A stretch of 64,000 nt of DNA from Blastocatellia bacterium (GTDB taxonomy: Bacteria; Acidobacteriota; Blastocatellia; UBA7656): positions 10,907-74,906 of the forward strand of contig JBASRN010000022.1 of NCBI GenBank assembly GCA_049273855.1, read 5' to 3'. A program made the position numbers and the translations under genes. Each line of letters begins with the position of its first letter. The first letter of the stretch is position 1. Of the stretch, positions 47,108 through 56,907 are shown one piece after another. The notes below the pieces were generated by a model. The model was not told where the DNA came from, made no database searches, and worked only from the letters and a program-made list of their open reading frames with translations.

Positions 47108-48058
47108 ATGAAGGTTACTGCCCTCGCTGGTGGAGTCGGTGCTTCGAAGTTCCTGGTGGGACTTGGCGATGTGATGCCCGCCGAAGACATCACCGTCATC
47201 GGCAACACCGGCGACGACATCGAGCTATTCGGGCTTCGCATCTGTCCTGACCTGGACACCGTCATCTACACCCTGGCCGGGATGGTCAATCAAGAAACCG
47301 GGTGGGGATTGGTGGGCGATACGTTCGAGTCTTTGAACTGGCTGAGGCGCTACGGCGAGGCTTCGTGGTTCAATCTCGGCGATCGTGATCTGGCCACACA
47401 CCTTTATCGCACGAATCAGCTTCGTCTCGGCACCTCCCTCACCGAAGTTACCGATAAGATCCGATGCTCGCTCGGAGTCCGCTCGCGAGTACTTCCGATG
47501 AGCGATGCCTACACGCCGACGCGAGTCGTGACCGATGAGGGCGAGATGCACTTCCAGGAGTACTTCGTGCGTCGAAGGTGCGAGCCTCGCGTGACAGAGA
47601 TTCGCTTTGATGGAATCGAGTCTTCCCTGCCTGCAACAGGTGTGCTGGATGCGATTCTTGAAGCCGACGTCGTGATTGTCTGCCCGAGCAATCCCGTTAT
47701 CAGCATCGGTCCGATTCTCGCAGTGCCCGGCGTTCGGGACGCGCTGAGACGGACACAGGCCACGGTCGTCGGTATTACGCCAATCATCGGAGGTCGAGCG
47801 CTGAAAGGCCCGACCGCCGATATGCTTCGAGACCTCGGGCACGAGGTGTCGGCAACTGGCGTCGCAGGAATCTATCGTGATTTCGTCAATATATTCGTGG
47901 TTGATGAAGCAGACGCAGCGAGCAAACCGCGAATCGAGATGTTCTGCAGGCGAGTGGTCGTAACGAATACCCTGATGAGCGGCTTTCAAGAGAAACAAGC
48001 TCTTGCTCGCCTGGTGATTGAAAGGGCGAGCGAACACCAAACCGGCGGAGCGACGTAA
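47108..48058 (+). CDS. cofD: 2-phospho-L-lactate transferase (F420 biosynthesis)
   Basis: MKVTALAGGVGASKFLVGL N-terminus, CPSNPVISIGPIL, and ~316 aa in length. Confidence 0.88.
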   Translation: MKVTALAGGVGASKFLVGLGDVMPAEDITVIGNTGDDIELFGLRICPDLDTVIYTLAGMVNQETGWGLVGDTFESLNWLRRYGEASWFNLGDRDLATHLYRTNQLRLGTSLTEVTDKIRCSLGVRSRVLPMSDAYTPTRVVTDEGEMHFQEYFVRRRCEPRVTEIRFDGIESSLPATGVLDAILEADVVIVCPSNPVISIGPILAVPGVRDALRRTQATVVGITPIIGGRALKGPTADMLRDLGHEVSATGVAGIYRDFVNIFVVDEADAASKPRIEMFCRRVVVTNTLMSGFQEKQALARLVIERASEHQTGGAT

Positions 48059-48061
48059 CCC

Positions 48062-48388
48062 GTGTCAGATACCATCGCAACGACCGCACTCACTTGCGTC
48101 AGACCGACCGGCGACCGAATAGATGTGGTCGTTGAGATCGGCGTGCCGTATCGAGCCGAGGACGGAGAGTGGGCCTGCGCGCTCTCGCTGGGAGCGCTGG
48201 AACTCGGGATGCCTCATGTAAAAGGCGACGACTCGCTGCAGGCACTGTGTCTCGCACTGTCGCTCGCAAGGCAGCTCTTGACTTACTTTGCAGAAGACGG
48301 CGGGCGGATTCTCATAGCGGGAACCGAGAGCGAGTTTCCGATGGACTCCTATTTCTCGTGGACGACGAATGCCAAAACGGATCGATGA
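48062..48388 (+). CDS. Hypothetical 108-aa protein embedded in the F420 operon
   Basis: The GTG start lies 3 nt after the cofD stop, and the stop lies 6 nt before the cofC ORF. I recognise no domain. Confidence 0.5.
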   Translation: MSDTIATTALTCVRPTGDRIDVVVEIGVPYRAEDGEWACALSLGALELGMPHVKGDDSLQALCLALSLARQLLTYFAEDGGRILIAGTESEFPMDSYFSWTTNAKTDR

Positions 48389-48394
48389 CTGGAG

Positions 48395-49093
48395 ATGACA
48401 TTCTCCCGCAATATGAAGGCGCTCCTAATCCCACTCAAGGACCCAGCAAACGCCAAGAGCCGTCTCGCCGGTTTGCTTTTGGCCGATGAGCGGCGCCGGC
48501 TTGCGTGGGCTATGTTCGAAGACGTGAGCCGCGCGGTCTGTGCAACCACCAAGCCTGATCGTGTTGTCCTTGTATCGAACTTCGAACCCGCGATCGAACA
48601 CGCGCGAAGCGTCGGCTGGGAGGTTCTGGTCGAAGCCTCTCAGCAGTCGGAAAGCGCTTCGGTTGACTGGGCATCCCGGGTGCTTGCCGAGCGCGGCTTC
48701 GACACAGTGATGCGGCTGCCAGCGGACATCCCGCTTGTTGAAGCGCGCGACATCGACGAACTGATCTCGGTCGAGCTTCGGGCTCCTGCCGCAGTGCTAG
48801 TTCCGTCGCGCGAAGGCACGGGCACGAATGCGATCCTCCGAACGCCGCCCGATCTGTTTCCATCGCGCTTCGGTCCGAACTCGCTCACGCTGCACAAACA
48901 AGAAGGGTTGCAAGCCGGCGTCGAGTGTCTGATCGTGACGAGCACGCGCATCGCGTTGGATATCGACGAACCGGTTGACCTGAAGGTGTTGCTTGAGACC
49001 GGCGGCAGCACGCAGACACTTTCGGTGCTGGCCGAGATGCGGATAGCTGGTAGGACAGTGCTGGGAGCGCGGCCGTCCCGGCCATCTGTCTAA
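48395..49093 (+). CDS. cofC: 2-phospho-L-lactate (or PEP/3PG) guanylyltransferase
   Basis: MKALLIPLKDPANAKSRL is the typical CofC N-terminus, and GTGTNAI is present. The start may be ATG 48413. Confidence 0.8.
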   Translation: MTFSRNMKALLIPLKDPANAKSRLAGLLLADERRRLAWAMFEDVSRAVCATTKPDRVVLVSNFEPAIEHARSVGWEVLVEASQQSESASVDWASRVLAERGFDTVMRLPADIPLVEARDIDELISVELRAPAAVLVPSREGTGTNAILRTPPDLFPSRFGPNSLTLHKQEGLQAGVECLIVTSTRIALDIDEPVDLKVLLETGGSTQTLSVLAEMRIAGRTVLGARPSRPSV

Positions 49094-49098
49094 ACATT

Positions 49099-49854
49099 GT
49101 GAAGATTCCCGAGATCACAGTACTTGGCGTGCCCGGCTTGCCCGAAGTGGTAGCGGGCGATGACATCGGCGCGCTCATTATTCAAGCTGTGAGCGAGGCA
49201 GATCTGGAAGTCCGCGACCGCGACATCTTCGTTGTCGCTCAGAAGATCGTCTCGAAATCGGAAGGCCGCAGCGTTCGACTCGATTCGATCGAGGCCTCGC
49301 CGCGCGCTCGCCAGTGGGCCGAGGCTTACGACAGAGATCCGCGGCTGGTCGAAGTCGTCCTGCGCGAATCCAAGCGCATCGTACGAATGGAACGCGGCGT
49401 CTGGATCGCCGAGACTCATCACGGCTTCGTCTGCGCGAACGCCGGAGTCGATGCATCAAACGTAGAGGAAGGCACGGCGCTTCTGCTTCCCGAAGACCCG
49501 GACGCTTCGGCGCGGCGAATTCAGAAGACACTCGAAAAAAGCTTCGTCGTGAGCGTGGCAGTGGTCGTCTCAGACACATTTGGCCGCCCCTGGCGTGAAG
49601 GGCTGATCAACGTTGCGATCGGCGTCGCGGGCCTCGCGCCGTTGATTGATTATCGCGGCGAGACAGATTCGCACGGCCGCCCACTTCGAGTGACGATCAT
49701 AGCGGTAGCAGACGAGATTGCTTCCGCTGCGGAGCTTGTGATGAAGAAGAAAGACGGCGTTCCGGTGGCCATCATTCGAGGCTTCGACTACGACTCTCAC
49801 GAAGCTTCGGGCCGGGAGTTGATACGCGCGCCGGAGCTCGACTTGTTTCGGTGA
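49099..49854 (+). CDS. cofE: Coenzyme F420-0:L-glutamate ligase, single-domain form
   Basis: GDDIGALI...VVAQKIVSKSEGR...HGFVCANAGVDASN...SDTFGRPWREG. At 251 aa it has no FbiB-type C-terminal nitroreductase domain. Confidence 0.88.
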   Translation: MKIPEITVLGVPGLPEVVAGDDIGALIIQAVSEADLEVRDRDIFVVAQKIVSKSEGRSVRLDSIEASPRARQWAEAYDRDPRLVEVVLRESKRIVRMERGVWIAETHHGFVCANAGVDASNVEEGTALLLPEDPDASARRIQKTLEKSFVVSVAVVVSDTFGRPWREGLINVAIGVAGLAPLIDYRGETDSHGRPLRVTIIAVADEIASAAELVMKKKDGVPVAIIRGFDYDSHEASGRELIRAPELDLFR

Positions 49855-49926
49855 ACACGGTCCTGTGATAGAATCGCCAAATCCGCGACCAATGTCGTTG
49901 TAGGAAGCCACTCCACGAGGTGAGCA

Positions 49927-51222
49927 ATGTTCACACGGCGAAGTTTCTTGAGATCAGTCGGGGGCGCGACTGCTGTCGGCGCCTTTACGTCAATCAGCGA
50001 GGGTGGTTTGGAGCGGATACTGGCTGTCACCCGCGGACTCAACGACTCGCCGGCAAAGCTCGCCGGAGACGAGAGCCTCTGGCGTGAAATCCAGCAGTCC
50101 TTCTCCGTCGATCGCTCGATCATCAACCTGAACAACGGCGGCGTCAGCCCTTCGCCTCGCGTCGTTCAGGAAGCGATGGCACGTCACCTCGCTTACTCCA
50201 ACGAAGCGCCCGTCTATACGATGTGGCGCATCCTTGAGCCTCAGATCGAAGCAGTTCGCCAGAGGCTAGCCGCCAGTTTTGGGTGCGACCCCGAGGAAAT
50301 GGCCATCACTCGCAACGCAAGCGAAGCACTCGAGATTTGCATCTTCGGGCTGGACCTCAAGCCCGGCGATGAAGTGCTCACCACCAATCAAGACTACCCG
50401 CGAATGCTCACTTCGTGGCGTCAGCGCGAACGCCGCGAAGGCATCAAGCTAAATCTGATTTCATTCCCTGTTCCGCCGCCCTCGATGGACGATCTTTTAG
50501 CACGATTTGAACGAGCGATCACGCCTCGCACGCGGGTGATTCAGGTCTGTCATATCACTAACCTAACCGGTCAGATTTTCCCCGTGAAACGAATCTGCCA
50601 GCTCGGCCGCGAGCGTGGTATCGAAGTCATCGTAGACGGGGCGCACGCATTTGCCCATTTTCCGTTCAAGCACGCTGACCTCGACTGCGACTACTACGGC
50701 ACAAGTTTGCACAAGTGGTTGCTTGCGCCGCACGGCACAGGTTTTCTCTACGTGCGCAAATCGAAGATCGCCAAGCTGTGGCCGTTGATGGCAGCCGACA
50801 GCAAACAGGACAACGACATTCGCAAGTTCGAAGAGATAGGCACCCACCCGGCCGCAAATCACAACGCCATTGCCGAAGCCCTCACCTTTCACGAAGGCAT
50901 CGGCCCCGAGCGCAAGGCCGCACGGCTTCGCTATCTAAAGGAGCGATGGGCGAGGAGGCTTGAAGCTCAGAAGGGCGTACGAGTGCTGACTCCTTACGAC
51001 ACGCAACAGTCTTGCGGCCTCGCGCTGTTTTCAATCGAAGGGATGGACCACGGCAAACTGGGCGCGCATCTGTGGGACCGAAATCGAATCCTCGTAACGC
51101 CAATCGAACACGACGAGTTCAAGGGCGTGCGCGTTACTCCAAACGTCTACACGACTATCAACGAGATCGACGCATTCTGCGAGGCGGTCGAGAAAGCCAT
51201 GCGGTCAGGGCTGTCGGCGTAG
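49927..51222 (+). CDS. Class V aminotransferase-fold PLP enzyme with a Tat signal peptide
   Basis: MFTRRSFLRSVGGATAVGAF is a twin-arginine motif. SLHKWL is a PLP-Lys-like motif. Confidence 0.8.
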   Translation: MFTRRSFLRSVGGATAVGAFTSISEGGLERILAVTRGLNDSPAKLAGDESLWREIQQSFSVDRSIINLNNGGVSPSPRVVQEAMARHLAYSNEAPVYTMWRILEPQIEAVRQRLAASFGCDPEEMAITRNASEALEICIFGLDLKPGDEVLTTNQDYPRMLTSWRQRERREGIKLNLISFPVPPPSMDDLLARFERAITPRTRVIQVCHITNLTGQIFPVKRICQLGRERGIEVIVDGAHAFAHFPFKHADLDCDYYGTSLHKWLLAPHGTGFLYVRKSKIAKLWPLMAADSKQDNDIRKFEEIGTHPAANHNAIAEALTFHEGIGPERKAARLRYLKERWARRLEAQKGVRVLTPYDTQQSCGLALFSIEGMDHGKLGAHLWDRNRILVTPIEHDEFKGVRVTPNVYTTINEIDAFCEAVEKAMRSGLSA

Positions 51223-51225
51223 CCT

Positions 51226-52503
51226 ATGTCCATCTCCTCAGAGACAGCGGTTCTTGATCGCATCGATGAACTCGACGTTGAGATGGTTGAGTTCCTCAAG
51301 CAGATCGTTCGCATCCCCACCGTAAATCCTCCAGGTGAGAACTACGCCGACTGCGCGCGGGTGATTGGCGGCAAGCTGATTGAGTTCGGCTATGACGTGA
51401 ACTACGTCGAGGCGACCGGCCGCCCCGAGTGCACGCGTCGGCATCCGCGAGTCAACTTGATCGGACGTCTTCCCGGCGAGAACTCTCATCCCACGCTTCA
51501 TTTTAACGGCCACATCGACGTAGTTCCGCCCGGCGACGGATGGACCAACGATCCGTTCGCCGCGATCGAGCGCGATGGAAGAATCTACGGCCGCGGAGTG
51601 ACGGATCAGAAAGCCGGCATTACGGCTTCGATCTTCGCGATTGAAGCGATACGCCGAGCGGGAGTGAAGCTAGCGGGTTCGGTCGAGCAAAGCGCGACGG
51701 TCGATGAGGAGAGCGGCGGCTTCGCAGGGGTTGCGTTTCTCTCGGAGCACGGCTACATCAGGCCCGACCTGGTCGATTACGTAATCATCACCGAGCCGCT
51801 CGACTACGATCGCATCTGCCTCGGGCATCGCGGAGTCTACTGGTTTGAGGTCTTGATGCGGGGGCGGATCGCTCACGGGGGCATGCCTTTTCTGGGCGCG
51901 AGCGCGATCGATCGAATGGCGCGGCTCATCGGACTGGTTGAGCGAGAGCTCAAGCCGAAGCTTGCGAGTCGCCGCACTCGAATGCCCGTTGAACCTGAAG
52001 GCGCGCGCAGCGCTACCATAAACGTGAACTCGATCTTCGGAGGCCAGTCGCCTGACGCGCCACAAACGCCGTGCGTTGCCGACACCTGCCGAGCGATCTT
52101 TGACCGTCGTTTTCTTATCGAAGAAGGTTTCGACGACGTGCGAGCAGAGGTTGCCGGTTTGATCGAGCAAATGCGAGTTGAAGATGACGACTTGGGTTAC
52201 GATCTTAACGACTTGATGATCGTTCATCCGACGATGACCGCCCCGGCTTCGGAGCTCGTGTCGACGATGCGCAAGGTCGTGTGCGAGAGACTCGACCGCG
52301 AAGTCCCGTTGATCGCCAGTCCAGGCACTTACGATCAGAAGCACTTCGCGAGGATTGCGGGCATCGAGCAATGCATCGCCTATGGGCCGGGTATCTTAGA
52401 GATGGCGCATCAGCCGGATGAGTACTGCGAGATCGGCCATCTGAAGCAGGCTTCGAAGGCGATGGCGATCGGCGCAATGCGTCTGCTTGGGGTGATCAAC
52501 TGA
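51226..52503 (+). CDS. M20 family metallopeptidase (ArgE/DapE-like)
   Basis: LHFNGHIDVVPPGDGW, RGVTDQKAG and DEESGG are metal-binding motifs. Confidence 0.88.
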   Translation: MSISSETAVLDRIDELDVEMVEFLKQIVRIPTVNPPGENYADCARVIGGKLIEFGYDVNYVEATGRPECTRRHPRVNLIGRLPGENSHPTLHFNGHIDVVPPGDGWTNDPFAAIERDGRIYGRGVTDQKAGITASIFAIEAIRRAGVKLAGSVEQSATVDEESGGFAGVAFLSEHGYIRPDLVDYVIITEPLDYDRICLGHRGVYWFEVLMRGRIAHGGMPFLGASAIDRMARLIGLVERELKPKLASRRTRMPVEPEGARSATINVNSIFGGQSPDAPQTPCVADTCRAIFDRRFLIEEGFDDVRAEVAGLIEQMRVEDDDLGYDLNDLMIVHPTMTAPASELVSTMRKVVCERLDREVPLIASPGTYDQKHFARIAGIEQCIAYGPGILEMAHQPDEYCEIGHLKQASKAMAIGAMRLLGVIN

Positions 52504-52512
52504 GTCAAAGAT

Positions 52513-53613
52513 GTGTGGAGCCTTAACACAGTGACGTCATCAAAGAAGACCCACACCACGCGACGCGAGCTTTTGCGCGGAGGCCTCGCGGCCGCTTCCC
52601 TGGGGTTGCTTGGCGACGACCAGATCGCGAGCTCCCAATCGCGCAACACAGGCGCGATCACTGACGTAACCGGAATCAACGTGGGCCACTTCACGGACTC
52701 GCGCAGGCCCACCGGATGCACTGTGATCCTCTTCGAAGAAGGCGCTGTCGCCGGTGTAGATGTTCGCGGCGCAGCTCCCGGCACTCGCGAAACCGACCTG
52801 CTCGATCCGGTGAACACCGTTCAAGTGGTTCACGCGATCGTGCTCGCCGGCGGAAGCGCGTTCGGTTTGGAGGCTGCGACTGGAGTAGTTCGCTATCTCG
52901 AGGAGCGCGGCATCGGATACAACGTAGGGGTTGCGAAGGTGCCGATCGTGCCGGCTGCGATCTTGTTCGACCTCGGAGTCGGTGACTCACGGATTCGACC
53001 CGACGCCGAAGCCGGATACAAGGCTTGCAAGGCTGCTACAGCGAGCTCCCCTGCAGAAGGCAACGTGGGCGCGGGCGCAGGCGCGACCGTAGGAAAGCTG
53101 TTTGGCATGTCGCGCGCCATGAAAGGCGGAATCGGCACTTCTTCGATAAGGCTCGGGTCGGGAGTGACGGTTGGAGCGATCGTTGCGGTAAACGCGGTTG
53201 GAGACATCTTGGATCCGTCCACCGGCAAGCCGATCGCCGGAGCGCGGACAAAAGACGGGAAATCGCTGCTCAATTCGATGGCTGCGATACTCGGAGGTGA
53301 GCCGCTTCCTCCGATGCTCGCAGGGGCGGCGACGACTATTGGAGTTGTCGCGACCGACGCTGTTTTGACAAAGGCTCAAGCAACCAAGGTCGCGCAGATG
53401 GCTCATGACGGATTGGCTCGTGCGATCAACCCGGTTCACACGGCCGCTGATGGCGACACGGTCTTCGCGCTTGGGACAGGCAAATCAACGAAAGCTGCGA
53501 ACGTGACGCTGATCGGCGCTCTTGCCGCAGAGGCGATGTCGCGCGCGGTGGTTCGAGCGGTCCGCGCAGCTCGCGGGATCGCGGGTCTGCCGGGCTCGAT
53601 CGATCTCAGGTGA
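52513..53613 (+). CDS. P1/S58 (DmpA-like) aminopeptidase family protein with a Tat-like signal
   Basis: RRELLRGGLAAASLGLL at the N-terminus. GVDVRGAAPGTRETDLL, GGSAFGL and TTIGVVATDA carry the self-processing-site signature. Confidence 0.8.
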   Translation: MWSLNTVTSSKKTHTTRRELLRGGLAAASLGLLGDDQIASSQSRNTGAITDVTGINVGHFTDSRRPTGCTVILFEEGAVAGVDVRGAAPGTRETDLLDPVNTVQVVHAIVLAGGSAFGLEAATGVVRYLEERGIGYNVGVAKVPIVPAAILFDLGVGDSRIRPDAEAGYKACKAATASSPAEGNVGAGAGATVGKLFGMSRAMKGGIGTSSIRLGSGVTVGAIVAVNAVGDILDPSTGKPIAGARTKDGKSLLNSMAAILGGEPLPPMLAGAATTIGVVATDAVLTKAQATKVAQMAHDGLARAINPVHTAADGDTVFALGTGKSTKAANVTLIGALAAEAMSRAVVRAVRAARGIAGLPGSIDLR

Positions 53614-53829
53614 ACCACTGTTAAGCACCGCCGATGGAAATCGAACAGAGATGACTCGCCGACTAGCAGCATATCTACATGTCATAGGCCGGCACCAAAT
53701 CGTCTGCTGCCTTATGGCGCGGCCGTTCGGTTACTTGCAGGATCCCCAGCCGACCTGAGCGCCTCGAGTCCGCGTTTTGTGAACAAAGCGAAGGGACTCA
53801 CGTCCGAGAGGACTGACCTTTCATCCAGC

Positions 53830-55281
53830 ATGACCTTCTTGCTAATCCTCATCGCCTACGCAGCACTGATGATCGCGCTCGGGGCGTTCGTCTCGCGTCA
53901 TGAGAGCGGCTCAAGCTCCTTCTTCGTCGCGGGTCGAGGGCTCGGCACGGGCTTGCTCTTCTCGACGCTTCTCGCTGCCAACATCGGCGCCGGCTCGACG
54001 GTTGGAGCGGCGGGACTCGGCTATCGCGACGGGTTGTCGGCGTGGTGGTGGGTTGGCTCGGCCGGGATCGGGTGCCTGATGCTGGCGTTCACCGTCGGGC
54101 CGAAAATTTGGCGAGTAGCCCGGGAGCGGAACCTCTACACCGTCGGCGACTATCTGGAGTTTCGCTACAACCGAAGCGTGCGCGGACTCGTGGCGTTGCT
54201 GCTCTGGATCGGTTCGCTTTCGATCCTGGCTGGTCAATTGATCGCGGTCGCGTGGATATTGAACGTCGTGATTGGGCTGAACAAGGCGGCGGGTTGCTTG
54301 ATAGGCGCCGCGGTGGTCACGGCCTACTTCACGTTTGGCGGCTTGCACGCGGCCGCGCGCGTGAATGCCGTTCAGCTTGCGGTAAAACTGTTCGGTTTTG
54401 CGCTGGCGCTGATTTATTTGGTCGAGGCAGTGCAGGGCATTTCCGGGATTCGAGCTGATGCGTCAACGACGATAGCCGCTGAACAAGCGGAAGCCTACTT
54501 CGGGTTCGCGGGCACAGGCTGGAGCTCGGTGCTTCGGTATGTTGTGATTCTAGCGCCGTCGTTTGTGATCTCGCCCGGCTTGTTGCAGAAGATATTTGGA
54601 GCACGCGACGAGCGGACCGTTCGCTCGGGCGTAGGGTTGAATGCGGCGGTGTTGCTTGTGTACGCAATCGTGCCCGTGCTGTTGGGCATCATCGCGCGCG
54701 GCAGCTTTCCTAACCTCACCAATCACGAGTTGGCGCTTCCTACCCTGCTGACTGAGTCGTTGCCTGTATGGCTTGGCGCTTTGCTGCTGGCTTCAATCTT
54801 CTCGGCCGAAGTGAGCACGGCCGATGCGGTTCTGTTCATGCTCAGCACGTCGTTGAGCAAAGACCTGTATAAGGGGTTCATCAACCAGCAAGCCGATGAT
54901 TCACAGTTGATGCGCGTGGCGCGAGGCTCCGCCATCGCTTGCGGGACTGGCGGTGCGTTGCTTGGGATGTTGCTCCCCAGCGTGATCTCGGCGTTGACAA
55001 TCTTTTACACGCTGCTTACCGCGTCGTTGCTGTTGCCATTGATAGTAGGGCTCTATTCGACTCGCGTAACTTCACGCGCGGCAATCGCTTCGATGGTCGC
55101 GTCGGTCGCGGTTGTCGTTGCTTCGGAGGTGATGACGAAAGGGCAAGGCTGGTGGAATGTGCCGGGTGCGGTGTTCGGCTTCGTAGCCGGCTCACTCGTG
55201 ATGCTCGCAGTCACGCTCGCGACAAGCAAAAGCGCCGGCGTCGAACGCATTGCCGGTGTGAATCCAGAATCCAAGATATAA
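53830..55281 (+). CDS. Sodium:solute symporter family transporter
   Basis: About 13 TM helices and an SSF-like FFVAGRGLG motif. The start is taken at ATG 53830; the ORF is open from GTG 53779. Confidence 0.85.
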   Translation: MTFLLILIAYAALMIALGAFVSRHESGSSSFFVAGRGLGTGLLFSTLLAANIGAGSTVGAAGLGYRDGLSAWWWVGSAGIGCLMLAFTVGPKIWRVARERNLYTVGDYLEFRYNRSVRGLVALLLWIGSLSILAGQLIAVAWILNVVIGLNKAAGCLIGAAVVTAYFTFGGLHAAARVNAVQLAVKLFGFALALIYLVEAVQGISGIRADASTTIAAEQAEAYFGFAGTGWSSVLRYVVILAPSFVISPGLLQKIFGARDERTVRSGVGLNAAVLLVYAIVPVLLGIIARGSFPNLTNHELALPTLLTESLPVWLGALLLASIFSAEVSTADAVLFMLSTSLSKDLYKGFINQQADDSQLMRVARGSAIACGTGGALLGMLLPSVISALTIFYTLLTASLLLPLIVGLYSTRVTSRAAIASMVASVAVVVASEVMTKGQGWWNVPGAVFGFVAGSLVMLAVTLATSKSAGVERIAGVNPESKI

Positions 55282-55300
55282 TATACAAAGCGGTTTCGCC

Positions 55301-56086
55301 ATGAACTACGAACAACTCTTTCGTCTTGAGGGCCGCATTGCCGTTGTCATCGGCGCGGGATCGGGGATCGGACAAGCGGCCGCGAAAGGTCTCGCTGCGC
55401 ATGGCGCTTTTGTCGTTTGCGCCGATGTGAGCCGCGATGCCGCCGAGCTTACCGCAAGCGAACTGGGCCAGGAGCGCGGCCGGGCGCTGACCGTAGATGT
55501 CACCAGCACTCAAAGTGTCAGCGAGTTGTTGCACGGCGTGGTTGGCGAGGACGGCCGGATTGATGTCGTGGTGACGACGCCCGGCGCCAACGTGCGCAAG
55601 CCGCTCATCAACTATCGCGACGATGAATTCGATCGAGTCGTAGAGCTGAACCTCAAAGGGACCTTTCGAGTTCTGAGACATGCCGGGCGAATCATGGCTG
55701 AACAACGCCGCGGAAGCATCATAGCTTTCTCGTCGATTCGATCTCAGGTAGTCGAGCCGGGCCAGGGAGTCTACGCCGCAACAAAAGCCGGGATCGTTCA
55801 ACTGGTCCGCGCGCTTGCCTCGGAGCTTGGACCGCATGGCGTGCGAGTGAACGCGATCGCACCCGGAGTCGTTGACACGCCTCTCACCAGTCAGATCAAA
55901 GACCGGCCGGACTGGTACGACGCTTACGCCGCCAAGAGCGTCTTCAATCGCTGGGCCAGCGTGGATGAGATGGTAGGCCCGGTTGTTTATCTCGCCTCGG
56001 ATGCGTCGACCTACGTGACGGGAAGCGTTTTAGTGGTCGACGGCGGATGGACCGCTGCGGATGGCCGCTTTACGCCACCGCTGTAA
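55301..56086 (+). CDS. Short-chain dehydrogenase/reductase
   Basis: GAGSGIGQA cofactor motif, the NLKG segment, and the YAATKAG catalytic YxxxK. Confidence 0.9.
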   Translation: MNYEQLFRLEGRIAVVIGAGSGIGQAAAKGLAAHGAFVVCADVSRDAAELTASELGQERGRALTVDVTSTQSVSELLHGVVGEDGRIDVVVTTPGANVRKPLINYRDDEFDRVVELNLKGTFRVLRHAGRIMAEQRRGSIIAFSSIRSQVVEPGQGVYAATKAGIVQLVRALASELGPHGVRVNAIAPGVVDTPLTSQIKDRPDWYDAYAAKSVFNRWASVDEMVGPVVYLASDASTYVTGSVLVVDGGWTAADGRFTPPL

Positions 56087-56255
56087 AAGAGCTCAACTCC
56101 CGGTTGCGACGAGTCACAAGTAGATCATCTTCGCCGGAGGGGGCATACTCCGGGCGACGTCCACGGACGTCCCTCTACACGCGCCGCTCTTCGCGTCGTC
56201 CTAACAACCTCTGCCGACTCCGGTCACACGCTGAGCGTAACTTGTTTCCAACCCG

Positions 56256-56642
56256 CTAGTGCGAGGCAAAAATAATCAGAGCAGTCACCGCGAAGCCAAT
56301 AGCTATGCCGATGCCGATCTTCGCTCCAGTGGAAAGGTTGTGTCCCTTTACCTGCGTTACGTTGGGGTAGCCAACGGTGGTGACCGCGCCTGTTGTCTCG
56401 CTTTCGATGACAAGCGAGTCCTCACCGACTTCGCGGATAAAGCCGCTGAGCCGAGTTTGGTCTCGCAAACTCAACTGAACGCGCGCATCGCGCCCGACGC
56501 CCAGCTTAAGGACCGAAGTCCTCACCTTCTTGACGTGTCCGGCCTGGTCAGAGAGCCTGTCGGCACCCGCGGCTGATTCACCGCAGACAGTGACTGTAGC
56601 CAACACCAGACCGAGCACTACTGACAATGTTCTTCTTGACAT
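56256..56642 (-). CDS. Small secreted/membrane-anchored protein with a Gly-rich C-terminal helix
   Basis: Signal peptide LSVVLGLVLATVTVCG and a C-terminal GAKIGIGIAIGFAVTALIIFA. The layout is the same as 35861-36352. Confidence 0.6.
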   Translation of the reverse strand: MSRRTLSVVLGLVLATVTVCGESAAGADRLSDQAGHVKKVRTSVLKLGVGRDARVQLSLRDQTRLSGFIREVGEDSLVIESETTGAVTTVGYPNVTQVKGHNLSTGAKIGIGIAIGFAVTALIIFASH

Positions 56643-56907
56643 ATTTCCCCCTTCGTTCCGGAATCCAGCCGCGCGTCAACGTGGATATCCAATGTCTCGT
56701 TAACTAGCGACTAGCATACCAACAGCAAAGCCAACCAGACAGGGCAGAGCACAGATGACGGTTTATCAAAACCGAGAAACATATCGGGCTTGAAGGGAGT
56801 AGGAAGATCGGTGCTATATTAGGTTGATAAGAGTTCGTGTACGCTTGCGACAGCGGCTCCGATGTCGTCTGCTGAATTCGCTTGCTTCCTCACTTTAAGT
56901 TTGTTGT

